DNA of 64,000 nt, taken from IMG/VR virus record IMGVR_UViG_3300048058_000019; one strand, given 5' to 3'. This DNA comes from a virus. Its lineage: Duplodnaviria > Heunggongvirae > Uroviricota > Caudoviricetes. The notes below the pieces were generated by a model. That model was not told where the DNA came from. It saw only the letters and a list, made by a program, of their open reading frames with translations, and did no database searches. A program made the position numbers and the translations under genes. The stretch's first letter is position 1, and each line of letters begins with the position of its first letter. This document shows, piece after piece, positions 51,786 through 61,146 of the stretch.

Positions 51786-52082
51786 TTACTCTTCCTTCTT
51801 ATCGCCCTTGCGGTAAGTGGATTTCAGGGCGAGTAGGCGCTTGCGGAGCTGGTACTCAACCTTACCCTGATCCTCCATGTCGCTGAGGATTGATGTCTCA
51901 GCTTTCAGAACTTCAAGGAAGTCAATCTTGTCACCCTCGATCAGCTGGCGCTGATCGAAGATCTCATTCAACAACTCAACAGCCACCAATGAAAGATTAG
52001 GCTTCTTTTCAACTTTGGTCTCCATGAGCGTTCTCCTTTGCTGCTCTACCTTATATTTCGTTGTTGAAGCGTTTACGATCAC
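51786..52082 (-). CDS. hypothetical protein (98 aa)
   Basis: Minus-strand ORF. Confidence 0.4.
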   Translation of the reverse strand: MIVNASTTKYKVEQQRRTLMETKVEKKPNLSLVAVELLNEIFDQRQLIEGDKIDFLEVLKAETSILSDMEDQGKVEYQLRKRLLALKSTYRKGDKKEE

Positions 52083-52165
52083 GTCGTTTCACAATCGAGC
52101 GGACTCTCCGGTTCTCGATCTTCTTGTCTTTGCGATCGGACGGACCACAATAACTACAATAACCT

Positions 52166-52390
52166 TTACAGGTCCTCACCCCGTGCTTGATCGGCTTCGG
52201 CATCTTCCTCGACCTCCTCTACTTCCTCTACTTGAAACGGTTTCAGCAACTCTTCCATCCGCGCCGCAACAACGCAAACTAGAGCGGCTATGATGTAGAG
52301 GGAAGCCTGCGCCGAGTCGTGCGGCCAGAAATAGCTGTATACAGCTACAGCCATAAAGAGCACAGCCATCGACACCCAGGCGAAGGTCAT
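52166..52390 (-). CDS. small membrane protein (74 aa)
   Basis: Two TM helices, then an acidic tail. Confidence 0.4.
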   Translation of the reverse strand: MTFAWVSMAVLFMAVAVYSYFWPHDSAQASLYIIAALVCVVAARMEELLKPFQVEEVEEVEEDAEADQARGEDL

Positions 52391-52560
52391 TGTTCGCGGA
52401 GCTCCTTTGCACGCGCCATCAAGGCGGCGTCTGCACGCTCACGGGCCTCATCCCAGAATTTGCTGGCTTCTTCTGTGGTGGGCGAGCGCCCGTACTTCTC
52501 CTCGAACTCCTGTCCAATCGCCTCGTAGTAAGTCCAGAGGTACTCTTTCATCATCCCCAT
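52387..52560 (-). CDS. small helical ORF (MGMMKEYLWTYYEAIGQEFEEKYGRSPTTEEASKFWDEARERADAALMARAKELREQ, 57 aa)
   Basis: ATGA and TAATG overlaps with both neighbours fill the gap. Confidence 0.35.
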   Translation of the reverse strand: MGMMKEYLWTYYEAIGQEFEEKYGRSPTTEEASKFWDEARERADAALMARAKELREQ

Positions 52561-52832
52561 TACTTCACCTCCACAGTAACGGTTTTACGGGGTTTCTCTT
52601 TCTCGTACATCTTGCGCTCTGCTTCAACAACAGCGCGCTTGAGGAGCTTGGGAGGGACCTTCTTACCCTCCCTGTCCTTGATATCGAAAATTTCATCTAT
52701 AAACCAAACTGTACACATGCCGCCTGGATACGACACGGCGAACTCAGCCGCCGCGTTGTAACCAGCTCTCGGATTGAGCCCCCGAGAGGCCGGGACGGGC
52801 TTGTTGCCCTTGAACTTGATCCTGAATTTCAC
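52560..52832 (-). CDS. hypothetical protein (90 aa)
   Basis: Minus-strand ORF. Confidence 0.4.
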   Translation of the reverse strand: MKFRIKFKGNKPVPASRGLNPRAGYNAAAEFAVSYPGGMCTVWFIDEIFDIKDREGKKVPPKLLKRAVVEAERKMYEKEKPRKTVTVEVK

Positions 52833-53122
52833 TTCGCCTTGATCTCCACCGTGGTGCGGGCGCGTCTGATCAGTTTCTCAACATCTTCCGCGCTCAACAT
52901 CTCATCGACTTTAGGTTCAATGGTGTTGATGGTCTTTGTTACTCGGTACTTACCCTGATTAATGTGCCCGGTGTGAAGCTCCAAAACGACTTTCCGATCT
53001 TTCATCTTCAGATCCTTATCAATGTAATAACATATGTGCTTCCGCCCCCAGCCTATCACGCGCCGCAAGCGCCCGTAATCATCGCTTAGTTGTGCTGATC
53101 TCAGTGTCCAGCGCACCGCCAC
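52829..53122 (-). CDS. hypothetical protein (97 aa)
   Basis: Minus-strand ORF. Confidence 0.4.
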   Translation of the reverse strand: MAVRWTLRSAQLSDDYGRLRRVIGWGRKHICYYIDKDLKMKDRKVVLELHTGHINQGKYRVTKTINTIEPKVDEMLSAEDVEKLIRRARTTVEIKAK

Positions 53123-53454
53123 TTTTCCAAGCGATTGTCAATCGCTACTTTCCCTGTGAACATGGATTCTCTGAGCTTGTCGAGGAAAAGAGGATCAGCA
53201 GCAGCAATGGGAAGATAATTTGGTGTATTGATCACCGGAGCGTCGAGCTTGACCTCAACACCTTCACACTCAAGGACGATTAACGGTTCTGCACGATATG
53301 AAATTACCCTTGTCAATCCGTCTGCTGCAACTTGCGCCCCAGCAATGAGTCTTCCCATTTCAAATTCGCTGAAAACGGTCCTGAGTATCTCATCCTTCTC
53401 GATGAAAGAGAGGACGACATCACCGATTGTCATTCGATTCGTTGTCGGCTTCAT
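53101..53454 (-). CDS. hypothetical protein, DPxFF-like family member (117 aa)
   Basis: Contains AAADPLFLDKLRESMF. Confidence 0.45.
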   Translation of the reverse strand: MKPTTNRMTIGDVVLSFIEKDEILRTVFSEFEMGRLIAGAQVAADGLTRVISYRAEPLIVLECEGVEVKLDAPVINTPNYLPIAAADPLFLDKLRESMFTGKVAIDNRLEKWRCAGH

Positions 53455-53677
53455 CGGCAGCTTCCCGCAAAAGATCGGAGATTCCGTCAGCCAGGGACAC
53501 GGTGGAAGAGTGGTGATCTGTGACGATCTCGCCAGGACGCTCTGTCATGAAAGCTATCGTGCAAGCATCACAAACGATGTAACTCTCAGGCTTCGTCTTA
53601 GGAATCTCTCCATTTTCACAAGGGCACATACAAGCCATATCACTGCCCTTGCAGTGCATCTGAGCTACACTAGCCAT
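53420..53677 (-). CDS. Cys-rich hypothetical protein (85 aa)
   Basis: CKGSDMACMCPCENG...CDAC. Confidence 0.4.
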   Translation of the reverse strand: MASVAQMHCKGSDMACMCPCENGEIPKTKPESYIVCDACTIAFMTERPGEIVTDHHSSTVSLADGISDLLREAADEADNESNDNR

Positions 53678-54097
53678 TTACTCCGCCCCTACCAGCCACA
53701 TCGTGAGTCTGTACCCCATGGAAACCAAAGCACCCCAAGCTCCAACAAAGAATCCAAAGAGGAGTAGAACGACGAAACCAAGGAAATACTGTCCTGCTGT
53801 CGGGGGGTCCTTCTTCTGGGTTTCGGACTTCGGCCCGGTGCTAGCGGTTTCAGGTTCGTCCACAGGCGCTTCTCCCTTCATAGAACTCAGGATCTCCTTG
53901 GGAAGGAGATGCTCCGGGATGCTTCCGATAGGCCCGGATGTCTTCATTTTACGAGTCACCTCGTTAATGACCTGACAACCCATCATGAGTTCTGGGTCAT
54001 CCTCGTGGTCACTCAGGAATTTACTGGCTTCGTCATGCTTCTTCAACATGAGAAGGATCGTGTACTGCTTGAGAAGCCGTTCCCGTTCAGGGTCCAT
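53678..54097 (-). CDS. membrane protein (139 aa)
   Basis: C-terminal TM helices: FLGFVVLLLFGFFVGAWGALVSMG. Confidence 0.45.
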   Translation of the reverse strand: MDPERERLLKQYTILLMLKKHDEASKFLSDHEDDPELMMGCQVINEVTRKMKTSGPIGSIPEHLLPKEILSSMKGEAPVDEPETASTGPKSETQKKDPPTAGQYFLGFVVLLLFGFFVGAWGALVSMGYRLTMWLVGAE

Positions 54098-54101
54098 TGA
54101 T

Positions 54102-54302
54102 TTACCCCTCGATTTTTACGCAACCATTTTGGTGGATAGTAAACTTCTGTCCTTCTTTCAGGCCATAGCCTTTATCGATAGACTTCACGATAAAGTACTG
54201 CTTGAATCTTTCCTCACGTTCCGTGGCAGCTCCAATCCACTTACCGTCACCGGAGCCGACTCGGAGCGTTCCTGTCCTTGTGTGGAACCAGACGTTGGCC
54301 AT
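54102..54302 (-). CDS. hypothetical protein (66 aa)
   Basis: Minus-strand ORF. Confidence 0.4.
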   Translation of the reverse strand: MANVWFHTRTGTLRVGSGDGKWIGAATEREERFKQYFIVKSIDKGYGLKEGQKFTIHQNGCVKIEG

Positions 54303-54395
54303 ATTTATTAAATACTCCTCATTATTGTGGTAAGCGGCCGCCTGACCACATCACCGCCAGAAAGGTCACAATCAACAAGAAAGCCCAAAACCCGA

Positions 54396-54650
54396 CTAGG
54401 AAGTCTTTACTCTCCGCTTTTTCTCGGCATCCAAGTCTTTCTTGATTTCGGTCAATTTTTTGTTGGCCCATTTCATCTCCTCTGATGTCGCAGGGCGAAT
54501 GTTGATGGGGGTGCCTTCATCAAGGGCTACTTGAACAAACCCCCAGTCATATCGATATCGTCCGTTGACAGTGTAGAGGCAACTCATGATAGTTCCACTA
54601 TCGAAATAGTGGTTGCCTTTGAGGTAAAAAAGCTCAATTGCTTTCTTCAT
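54396..54650 (-). CDS. hypothetical protein (84 aa)
   Basis: Minus-strand ORF. Confidence 0.4.
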   Translation of the reverse strand: MKKAIELFYLKGNHYFDSGTIMSCLYTVNGRYRYDWGFVQVALDEGTPINIRPATSEEMKWANKKLTEIKKDLDAEKKRRVKTS

Positions 54651-54658
54651 TTGAACCC

Positions 54659-54937
54659 CTAATGAAGGTTATCTCTAACAGGTGCAAACCAACCGCCAGC
54701 GTCGACTTCAGCGTATAACTCCTGCGGACATTCATCGAGTGAAACTGAGTAAACGAAAAGGTTCCGCCACTCAGTACCCTCACCACACCAGTCACACATT
54801 CTTCGCTCTTGAGTAATTGCTTCAATAGGGCTCCCAAATTTGAATGTGGAGCGGCGGTAACCACTACGGTACTGGCGCTTACCGAGTTTGTGCCCCATCT
54901 TCTCACAGTGTCTGAACAACTTCCGAAGCCATCTCAC
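54659..54937 (-). CDS. hypothetical protein with CDWCGEG zinc motif (92 aa)
   Basis: Chosen over the alternative-frame ORF 54634-54906. Confidence 0.4.
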   Translation of the reverse strand: MRWLRKLFRHCEKMGHKLGKRQYRSGYRRSTFKFGSPIEAITQERRMCDWCGEGTEWRNLFVYSVSLDECPQELYAEVDAGGWFAPVRDNLH

Positions 54938-54948
54938 AGACCCCCCTG

Positions 54949-55197
54949 TCAGTATAGATCCTCACTCATGAGGATTGGATGAAGTTTCTGTACTTGACCA
55001 GCTTCAAAAGCAATCTTAGCTGCTTCCGCACGGTCAACGAACTTTCCGCATTCGGTGACAAATCCTTGAGTTCCCCTGACGGGAGCTGCTTTGGGTCCCA
55101 ACTCTTTGACAATCTTCCCGATTACATCGCTGTGTCTTCGACCGGTCCAAACTGATCCTTCATGGAAGATCGCCGCTTCTTTGATTCTTAGTTCCAC
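54949..55197 (-). CDS. hypothetical protein (82 aa)
   Basis: Minus-strand ORF. Confidence 0.4.
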   Translation of the reverse strand: MELRIKEAAIFHEGSVWTGRRHSDVIGKIVKELGPKAAPVRGTQGFVTECGKFVDRAEAAKIAFEAGQVQKLHPILMSEDLY

Positions 55198-55532
55198 TTG
55201 CCCTCCAGGAGATCCTTGATCGTCGCATCGATCGCCTTGATCAGGGGTTCAAGATTGGAAATATCCTTGGCGGAAATAGCGCACGTGTTATCCTTGTAGA
55301 GAGTTTTCTTCTCCACGTTGTAATTCCAGGAATAATAGAGATCGGTACTGACGGGTTTACTGTGATAACCTTTCCGGCCAGTTCCTGCTACAAACCAAAG
55401 ATCAACCATGAACGTCGGTACAGCGTCCGGATGTTCAATCCCCTTCTTCCTCACCTTGCGGGGAATAATGGTCCGTACCTTGAACTTAGCAACAGTGCCA
55501 GGAACAATGCGTTCGATGGTAGGAAGCTTCAT
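55188..55532 (-). CDS. hypothetical protein (114 aa)
   Basis: Minus-strand ORF. Confidence 0.45.
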   Translation of the reverse strand: MKLPTIERIVPGTVAKFKVRTIIPRKVRKKGIEHPDAVPTFMVDLWFVAGTGRKGYHSKPVSTDLYYSWNYNVEKKTLYKDNTCAISAKDISNLEPLIKAIDATIKDLLEGKWN

Positions 55533-55551
55533 TTCACCTCCGGGACATATT

Positions 55552-55722
55552 TTACGATATGGTGTTTCTACAGCGACAGTCCCACCCAGCGTGACCTATG
55601 TTATCCAAAGCCTCATCGGCATGGAAGTCATTTGAGTAAACCGCCATACGGTCCTCATGGTCGATGTAGATTGACCCATTATCACAAAGGATAACGTAAA
55701 GAGGTTTAGATTCGAGTTTCAT
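55552..55722 (-). CDS. small ORF (MKLESKPLYVILCDNGSIYIDHEDRMAVYSNDFHADEALDNIGHAGWDCRCRNTIS, 56 aa)
   Basis: ATGA overlap with 55719-55958. Confidence 0.3.
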   Translation of the reverse strand: MKLESKPLYVILCDNGSIYIDHEDRMAVYSNDFHADEALDNIGHAGWDCRCRNTIS

Positions 55723-55958
55723 CTCTTCATCTCCACGACCACAACGTCAACGTATTCTCCTGAGCGTCGGTCTCGGACACGCCAAACGCCACGTCCATAG
55801 GCCACGGTAGAAAACGGCCCCTCGAACTCGGTTACAAACGAGACGGCTTCCTCATGATCTCCGTGCACGGTTGCGTCGATGAAGGGACTGTCTAGTCCTC
55901 CGGCGACTCCCTTTGGATTCACGATATGGAAGGACCTCACCAGTTGTCTCCCTTTCAC
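55719..55958 (-). CDS. hypothetical protein (79 aa)
   Basis: Minus-strand ORF. Confidence 0.4.
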   Translation of the reverse strand: MKGRQLVRSFHIVNPKGVAGGLDSPFIDATVHGDHEEAVSFVTEFEGPFSTVAYGRGVWRVRDRRSGEYVDVVVVEMKR

Positions 55959-56011
55959 TATACTTCTTAATCTTGCGATAAAGTGAGCGCAAGACCTTCA
56001 TATCCGGCATT

Positions 56012-56695
56012 TTACTTGCCATAGACCTGTACCAAAGCTTTCTTGATGTGGTCACATTGGCCTACGGGCTTCTTCTTCGCGTGGTGAAACCGGAAACCGG
56101 GACAGGTGCACTCAGCGTAGCTCGTATCAAGATCAATTGAAATGTGATAGGGATCCCCTTTAGATCCCAAAATCTCAATTACCTTGGTCGAGGGATCCGA
56201 ATCGTCAGGTATCACGGCCCCCTTCTCACGCTCCTGAGGAGTCTGATACTTCATCCCAAGCGCCTTGAACACGTCCTCTTCCGTGCGCGAGGCGATATTG
56301 TCTTTGTCGCGGAAAACGCCGTACTGGTTTAGGAGCAGATTTCGTCCTCTCGCACGGGCTCTCATCGCGACAGCTAGTTGGTGAGGCCCAGTAGCATAAC
56401 AGAGCATCGCCCCCCAGTGCTCGTCGTCGGTGGTCCAAACCTGGACCTCAATCTCCTTGAAGAGGCCCATCATCCGCTTTTCGCCGCCCGTGAAACCAAG
56501 CTCGCGGAGAGCCTCAAACATCGGGGTGGAGGGGTGAGCCACAACGTCAATGTCCCCGGCCGTCTTCTTACCCCGCCGCAAGCTCCCACAGATCAAGACC
56601 CTGGTGGTGAGGGGAGTTATGATTGCCTCAAGCTCCTCTGCGATGGGTCGGACGACAGAAGAGGGGTGCCGTTTCCTATCCTTTTTGTTTCCCAT
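56012..56695 (-). CDS. minimal family-X DNA polymerase (Pol beta palm plus thumb) with C-terminal SWIM zinc finger
   Basis: ICGSLRRGKKTAGDIDVVAHP matches the Pol beta segment [29 protein letters not shown]...MLCYATGPHQLAVAMRARARGRNLLLNQYGVF...EEDVFKALGMKYQTPQER matches Pol beta [60 protein letters not shown]. C-terminus YAECTCPGFRFHHAKKKPVGQCDHIKKA is CxC-x(n)-CxH (SWIM). Confidence 0.75.
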   Translation of the reverse strand: MGNKKDRKRHPSSVVRPIAEELEAIITPLTTRVLICGSLRRGKKTAGDIDVVAHPSTPMFEALRELGFTGGEKRMMGLFKEIEVQVWTTDDEHWGAMLCYATGPHQLAVAMRARARGRNLLLNQYGVFRDKDNIASRTEEDVFKALGMKYQTPQEREKGAVIPDDSDPSTKVIEILGSKGDPYHISIDLDTSYAECTCPGFRFHHAKKKPVGQCDHIKKALVQVYGK

Positions 56696-56865
56696 CTTGT
56701 CCCTTTACCCGTAATAGACGTGGGTAGTTATCTCTTCCTCCTCGATCTTGCAACGCCGACATTTGCGCCGATGATAGACGTGGGCCCAAGAGATTGCTTT
56801 ATTAACAGTCTCTTTCCACTTGTGTCCGAGCCACCGGCATAGAAAAAGCTTCAGGGTTTTCAACA

Positions 56866-57522
56866 TCAGATGCTTACGACCTCTTCACTCTTCTGGAAGG
56901 AGCGGCGAGGAAGGATCGGGCCGGTGGGCTGGACGCCAAGAGGATTCCTGGTGTACCCCACAAACCATGGAGCGTGCGAGGGCATTGAGAGCCGCATAAA
57001 GCCACGTTCCGTCTGATCCTCCATAGGGAGGGACTCATGGACACAGAGAGGATTCATCCAGTAAGCCGTGTTGGGCTGCAGCGTGGTTGCGCTCTCGGGG
57101 TGCGCTTGGCTGTGTAGGTGCTCACATTCGCCCTCGGATTTCGGCCAGCCATTGAAGGTCTGGTTCCAGGCGCGACAACCTGCGGGATTGGAAACGGTGA
57201 TCATCCCTTTACCTGCCCAAGGTGCCCCACCACCCCAACCGCCAGCGCCGTCTTTGTAAATCCCATCGACATGGAGCCCGGGACGACGAAGACTCTCACC
57301 AGAGCTGAGGTCACGCTCATCAATGGTAAGATACCCAACACCCTTCTTGACGTAACTCATATTGAAGAGTCCCGCCACAGCTCGCTTGTAGCGACTGAGG
57401 GCCGCAGGAAGAGAATTGATATCGTTCATGATGATAGGCATCATCATGATCCGAGTCCCTGAGAAGGGAGGAAGGACGATTCTTCCTACTTCACGGAAAC
57501 GGGAATTGAAACTGGTTCGCAT
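56866..57522 (-). CDS. hypothetical protein (218 aa)
   Basis: Minus-strand ORF; Gly/Trp-rich; no motif assigned. Confidence 0.5.
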   Translation of the reverse strand: MRTSFNSRFREVGRIVLPPFSGTRIMMMPIIMNDINSLPAALSRYKRAVAGLFNMSYVKKGVGYLTIDERDLSSGESLRRPGLHVDGIYKDGAGGWGGGAPWAGKGMITVSNPAGCRAWNQTFNGWPKSEGECEHLHSQAHPESATTLQPNTAYWMNPLCVHESLPMEDQTERGFMRLSMPSHAPWFVGYTRNPLGVQPTGPILPRRSFQKSEEVVSI

Positions 57523-57755
57523 TATAAACCTTTCACCATTTCGGAACCTTCACGCGCGGTCACGATATCAATCAGTTTTTGACGAGACGACAACTGTAAA
57601 CGGATAGGTAGAGTTGCCGTTAACCAAGCCAAAAGGATGTCGGTATCAGCTTTTGGGTTAACGAGCTCGATTATCAGATCCAGTTGGGTGGCTGTAGATG
57701 ATTCTACTAGATTGTAGATATCGTCAATTGCTGTTTGCTTATCCTCAGGACTCAT
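57522..57755 (-). CDS. hypothetical protein (77 aa)
   Basis: Minus-strand ORF. Confidence 0.4.
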   Translation of the reverse strand: MSPEDKQTAIDDIYNLVESSTATQLDLIIELVNPKADTDILLAWLTATLPIRLQLSSRQKLIDIVTAREGSEMVKGL

Positions 57756-57822
57756 CCCTTCACCTCGAACAGATGCCAGATCAACTCTCCCTTTATTGGG
57801 ACCTCGTACTTGAAGACCTTTC

Positions 57823-58005
57823 TCACTTTATCTCCTTCGCAACGACGGAGACTACTTTACCATCAGCCCAGCCCCATTTCCACATCTGTTCTCTGGCCCA
57901 CTCCTTGGCAAGTTCGCCATCAGGAGCGAGTGCTTCGATGTTGATCACAGGCTTGGATTTGGCTTCCTTGAGCTGAAGCATGAACGGAACGCTGCGACGA
58001 GTCAT
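57823..58005 (-). CDS. hypothetical protein (60 aa)
   Basis: Minus-strand ORF. Confidence 0.35.
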   Translation of the reverse strand: MTRRSVPFMLQLKEAKSKPVINIEALAPDGELAKEWAREQMWKWGWADGKVVSVVAKEIK

Positions 58006-58014
58006 GTTTTCTCC

Positions 58015-58239
58015 TTATTTCAGGGAGTCCAGCGCGAGATTGATCATCAGATCATTCTCCTCTGATAATCTCGACGCGAGTTTCTTAACACAGATTTCAC
58101 ATCTCGTTGGTTGAGTAGGGACATTCACCCCGAAACCAAAAGAAGCGAGTTGGTCACAAATGTAACACTTCAGCTCATCGGGGGGACACCAGAAGATCTT
58201 CCACCCCGATGTAAAACTGCCAAGTTCGAGCATCTCCAT
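58015..58239 (-). CDS. small zinc-finger protein (74 aa)
   Basis: CPPDELKCYICDQ...CEICVKK. Confidence 0.4.
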   Translation of the reverse strand: MEMLELGSFTSGWKIFWCPPDELKCYICDQLASFGFGVNVPTQPTRCEICVKKLASRLSEENDLMINLALDSLK

Positions 58240-58386
58240 AACTTAGGGATAGTAAGATCCGCCGTCCATGACGCGGGCAATAGTAAAAAGGGCCCAAGCT
58301 AGAAGAGCGAGCCCGCCTCCGATTGCGAGGCCGAGACAGCCGAGACCAGAAGCGATCTTCCCACCGATATTGTCTGGATCTTCCAT
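58240..58386 (-). CDS. tiny membrane peptide (MEDPDNIGGKIASGLGCLGLAIGGGLALLAWALFTIARVMDGGSYYP, 48 aa)
   Basis: Exactly fills the gap between its neighbours; Gly-rich TM helix. Confidence 0.35.
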
Positions 58387-59439
58387 TTACTTGACAACCT
58401 CTCGGACAGCCCAGCCGATGTTCGGAGACAGTGCGAGCGTCTCGGGGTTCTGAACGACGGAACTGACACCAGCCAGAAGCTCCATGTTATAGATCTGGCC
58501 GTAGTAGTTCCATTCGAACGGGACCTTCGACAGCGAGCTCGGATATTGCCGTTCCGACAGGCCATCTCCATATTCGAGATTGGACAGGCCCATCTTGGGG
58601 TTCTGAATGAGATCGTCGTCTCTTCCCCACTCTTGACGGACGTAAGGGAAGAGTGTATTGATCCAGCCGGAAACTTTTGAAACAGCACCTGATCCACGAC
58701 CGGAGTTTTTCTTATAGAAGGATTCCCACCACTCTCGATCGACCTTGCCCTTGGCTGCCGAGACGAAGCCGTCCAGAACTCGCGTGAGCGGCATCGTCCA
58801 CCAGGAAAGGTCTGCCTCGCCCTTGAACATCCAACCTTCGATCTTGGCGCGGAGCTTTTCCCAGTCCTCGACCTTACCAGTCAGTTCGATATCGGGAATG
58901 CCACACATCGTCATCATTCCGTATTCGAAGTAAGACTGCATGGAGTCCATAAGGACGACCTCAGAAGCGGCTTTCTCGACCACTCCAGTCGTTGAGAAAT
59001 CGGAAACGATCATTTGGTGATTAGCGTTGCCGATGTAACTCTTGATCTTCTCGGAGAATTCCGCAAAAGCGCCTTCCCAGTCGTTGTCCTCGGCACCCTT
59101 GAGGAAGCTGTCTCGGCGAACGATGATCTTGACTTTCCCCTCATGATCAACGAACTGCTTCCGGACGGCTTCTGCATGCCGGTTGATGTGGGTGGCCAGA
59201 CCTTGCGAGAGGGTAATCCAGATCGAATCCGGTGACAGGACGAGCGGATAATGCTCTGCAAACGAGGTTCCAACCGCACCGACCAACTGGTGAGATGGCG
59301 TCCACGCGAGTACTTCACCCTTGGGGACACGCGATACCGCCTCAAGAGGCGAGTGGGCCAGATTTTCGAAATGTTTCTTGTATGCCCCGACTTGAGCGGC
59401 GTGCGTTTTCTTCTCAACTTTCGATAGCGTGAAGTGCAT
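58387..59439 (-). CDS. hypothetical protein (350 aa)
   Basis: Long minus-strand ORF with AAGGAGAAAATTC RBS; no motif recognised. Confidence 0.55.
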   Translation of the reverse strand: MHFTLSKVEKKTHAAQVGAYKKHFENLAHSPLEAVSRVPKGEVLAWTPSHQLVGAVGTSFAEHYPLVLSPDSIWITLSQGLATHINRHAEAVRKQFVDHEGKVKIIVRRDSFLKGAEDNDWEGAFAEFSEKIKSYIGNANHQMIVSDFSTTGVVEKAASEVVLMDSMQSYFEYGMMTMCGIPDIELTGKVEDWEKLRAKIEGWMFKGEADLSWWTMPLTRVLDGFVSAAKGKVDREWWESFYKKNSGRGSGAVSKVSGWINTLFPYVRQEWGRDDDLIQNPKMGLSNLEYGDGLSERQYPSSLSKVPFEWNYYGQIYNMELLAGVSSVVQNPETLALSPNIGWAVREVVK

Positions 59440-59462
59440 GAATTTTCTCCTTAGTTAGAAAA

Positions 59463-59490
59463 GGGGCCGGGAGGAGAGTCTCCCGGCCCC
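59463..59490 (-). terminator. intrinsic terminator
   Basis: ggggccgggag (59463-59473) pairs perfectly with ctcccggcccc (59480-59490) around a 6-nt loop. On the coding (minus) strand it is followed directly by UUUUCU, then by the RBS of the next gene. Confidence 0.6.
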
Positions 59491-59498
59491 TCGGTTAG

Positions 59499-59906
59499 TT
59501 ACGGCTTATCCGGTCCGCGCTGACCCTGACGACCCTTGATTTCGCTATGAGAGGCGTCCTGGCAATTCGAGGCGTGCGTAGCTTTGATGATATTGCGGTT
59601 GGACGAGAAGAAACTCAAACGCCAACCAGCAACCTTCGCGCTGTAAGAGTGACCGACCTTGAGACGGGCATACCTGTCGGACGAATCCCAACTTCCGAAG
59701 AGGAGAGTATCCGCGACTTCGAAGGTCTCGACGTTCGAACCCGACTCGGTAAAAACGAGCCACTTCGAATCTTGACCCTTCGTGAAGCGCTCCTTGTCCG
59801 TGACGGTAAACGTCGCGGAATCCTCGGACCCCAAGTAAGCGACAGGATACACAACGATGAGGCCGATGACAAACAGCGCGACCCCGATGACAGCCAAATT
59901 CTTCAC
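59499..59906 (-). CDS. membrane-anchored hypothetical protein (135 aa)
   Basis: N-terminal TM anchor LAVIGVALFVIGLIVVYPVAYL. Preferred over the plus-strand ORF 59547-59942. Confidence 0.45.
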   Translation of the reverse strand: MKNLAVIGVALFVIGLIVVYPVAYLGSEDSATFTVTDKERFTKGQDSKWLVFTESGSNVETFEVADTLLFGSWDSSDRYARLKVGHSYSAKVAGWRLSFFSSNRNIIKATHASNCQDASHSEIKGRQGQRGPDKP

Positions 59907-59934
59907 AACATCCTCCGTAAAAGAAGTTCAAATA

Positions 59935-60120
59935 CTACTTGAGCCGACCAATATCCAACTTCTGATCAAACGATTTGAGCAGGTTACCATCAACCACGGC
60001 GAAATCCCCAGGATTTGCCGACTTACTGAGACTGAGAAGTTCGTCTCGGGTCATGCGATATAGAACCGGTTCTTCATCCTCCCTTTCACATGAGAAAACA
60101 AGCCAAGTCTTTTTACCCAT
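59935..60120 (-). CDS. hypothetical protein (61 aa)
   Basis: Minus-strand ORF. Confidence 0.35.
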   Translation of the reverse strand: MGKKTWLVFSCEREDEEPVLYRMTRDELLSLSKSANPGDFAVVDGNLLKSFDQKLDIGRLK

Positions 60121-60695
60121 TAGAAACCTTCCCGTTGTCCAACAAGGATCTCATTGACAACGAGCTTCTTGATCGCATCGGTGAAGATCCTGAGACCCAC
60201 CTCACTGTCAATGTGATATGACCTCACATATCCACGCGGTTTGATGTGAACAGCTGTGTCGTGCTTCTTGACGGGTGACCACAACTCATCAGCCTTCACA
60301 AACCGCTTCCCCTGCATGACCGACTCAGGGAGTTGCTTGTTCTTGACGAAGTGCTCGAATTGTTTCTTCTCACTGTGGTGAACAAGAAGGTCGTCCTTCT
60401 CATCGTAGTAATCCGCCCACTCTTCTGGAGGTGGGCACGCACAATGACCAGCAACCCGAATGTCGGTCTTCCCTACTGGGTCCTCATAGAGATCTTGCGC
60501 CACATGGAGCGGTACACGACCTTCGACCACCCAATAATACCAAGCGCGGGTAAATTCGAAATCCCCAAGCTTCCCCATCTTGGTGTAAGGGACCTCACCC
60601 TTGTGAGGAGGGGCGTCAATGACCGGTATTCGGACTCTCTTGAGCTCGTCCAAGATAAACTTATCGGCGTCTTTGTCGCCCGCAAGATTCTTCAT
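60120..60695 (-). CDS. hypothetical protein (191 aa)
   Basis: Minus-strand ORF. Confidence 0.5.
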   Translation of the reverse strand: MKNLAGDKDADKFILDELKRVRIPVIDAPPHKGEVPYTKMGKLGDFEFTRAWYYWVVEGRVPLHVAQDLYEDPVGKTDIRVAGHCACPPPEEWADYYDEKDDLLVHHSEKKQFEHFVKNKQLPESVMQGKRFVKADELWSPVKKHDTAVHIKPRGYVRSYHIDSEVGLRIFTDAIKKLVVNEILVGQREGF

Positions 60696-60901
60696 GGAGT
60701 GAACCTCTTCTTGAATCTGAGTCCGTTAATGAAATCTTCGGCCCTCTGAAGGCGTTCTCGAGAGTCGAGAGTGGACATTGTACTTCCCGTCCAATCGGCC
60801 CTCCGGACGAGCTCCGTTCGGACCTCCTGGATCTCCTTTAAGAGGAGTTCGAGGACGGTGAGGACTGTCCGTTCATAACCGTGTCTTTCCTCTTCGTCCA
60901 T
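60692..60901 (-). CDS. hypothetical protein (69 aa)
   Basis: Minus-strand ORF. Confidence 0.35.
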   Translation of the reverse strand: MDEEERHGYERTVLTVLELLLKEIQEVRTELVRRADWTGSTMSTLDSRERLQRAEDFINGLRFKKRFTP

Positions 60902-61146
60902 TATTCCTTCCCCTTTAATTCCTCAACCCTGCGTTCAAGCCGATAGATGTCGCTTTTCAGAGGAGCGACTACTTTTTTGACTCTGTCCTCGTAAGCGAGC
61001 TCCCAGTGAATACAAGATTCTACCTGGAAACCTATAACGACGACAACAATCAGGATGAAAATAGCCAGCACCTTCTGACCAAGGTTGAGGTCTTCATTAT
61101 CACTCATCTTAACGTTCTTTCGGATTGAACACGCAGTCCTTGGCAT
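60901..61146 (-). CDS. small membrane/coiled-coil protein (81 aa)
   Basis: TM helix VLAIFILIVVVVIGF. Confidence 0.4.
   Translation of the reverse strand: MPRTACSIRKNVKMSDNEDLNLGQKVLAIFILIVVVVIGFQVESCIHWELAYEDRVKKVVAPLKSDIYRLERRVEELKGKE

Noticed and set aside
55852-56055. 67-aa minus-strand ORF
   Set aside because: It overlaps both neighbours (107 nt and 44 nt) in a different frame. Its Arg/Ser-rich tail suggests a frame artefact.
59547-59942. 131-aa plus-strand ORF
   Set aside because: It is the opposite-strand alternative to 59499-59906. The latter has a clean TM anchor, and the terminator and RBS arrangement fits the minus strand.
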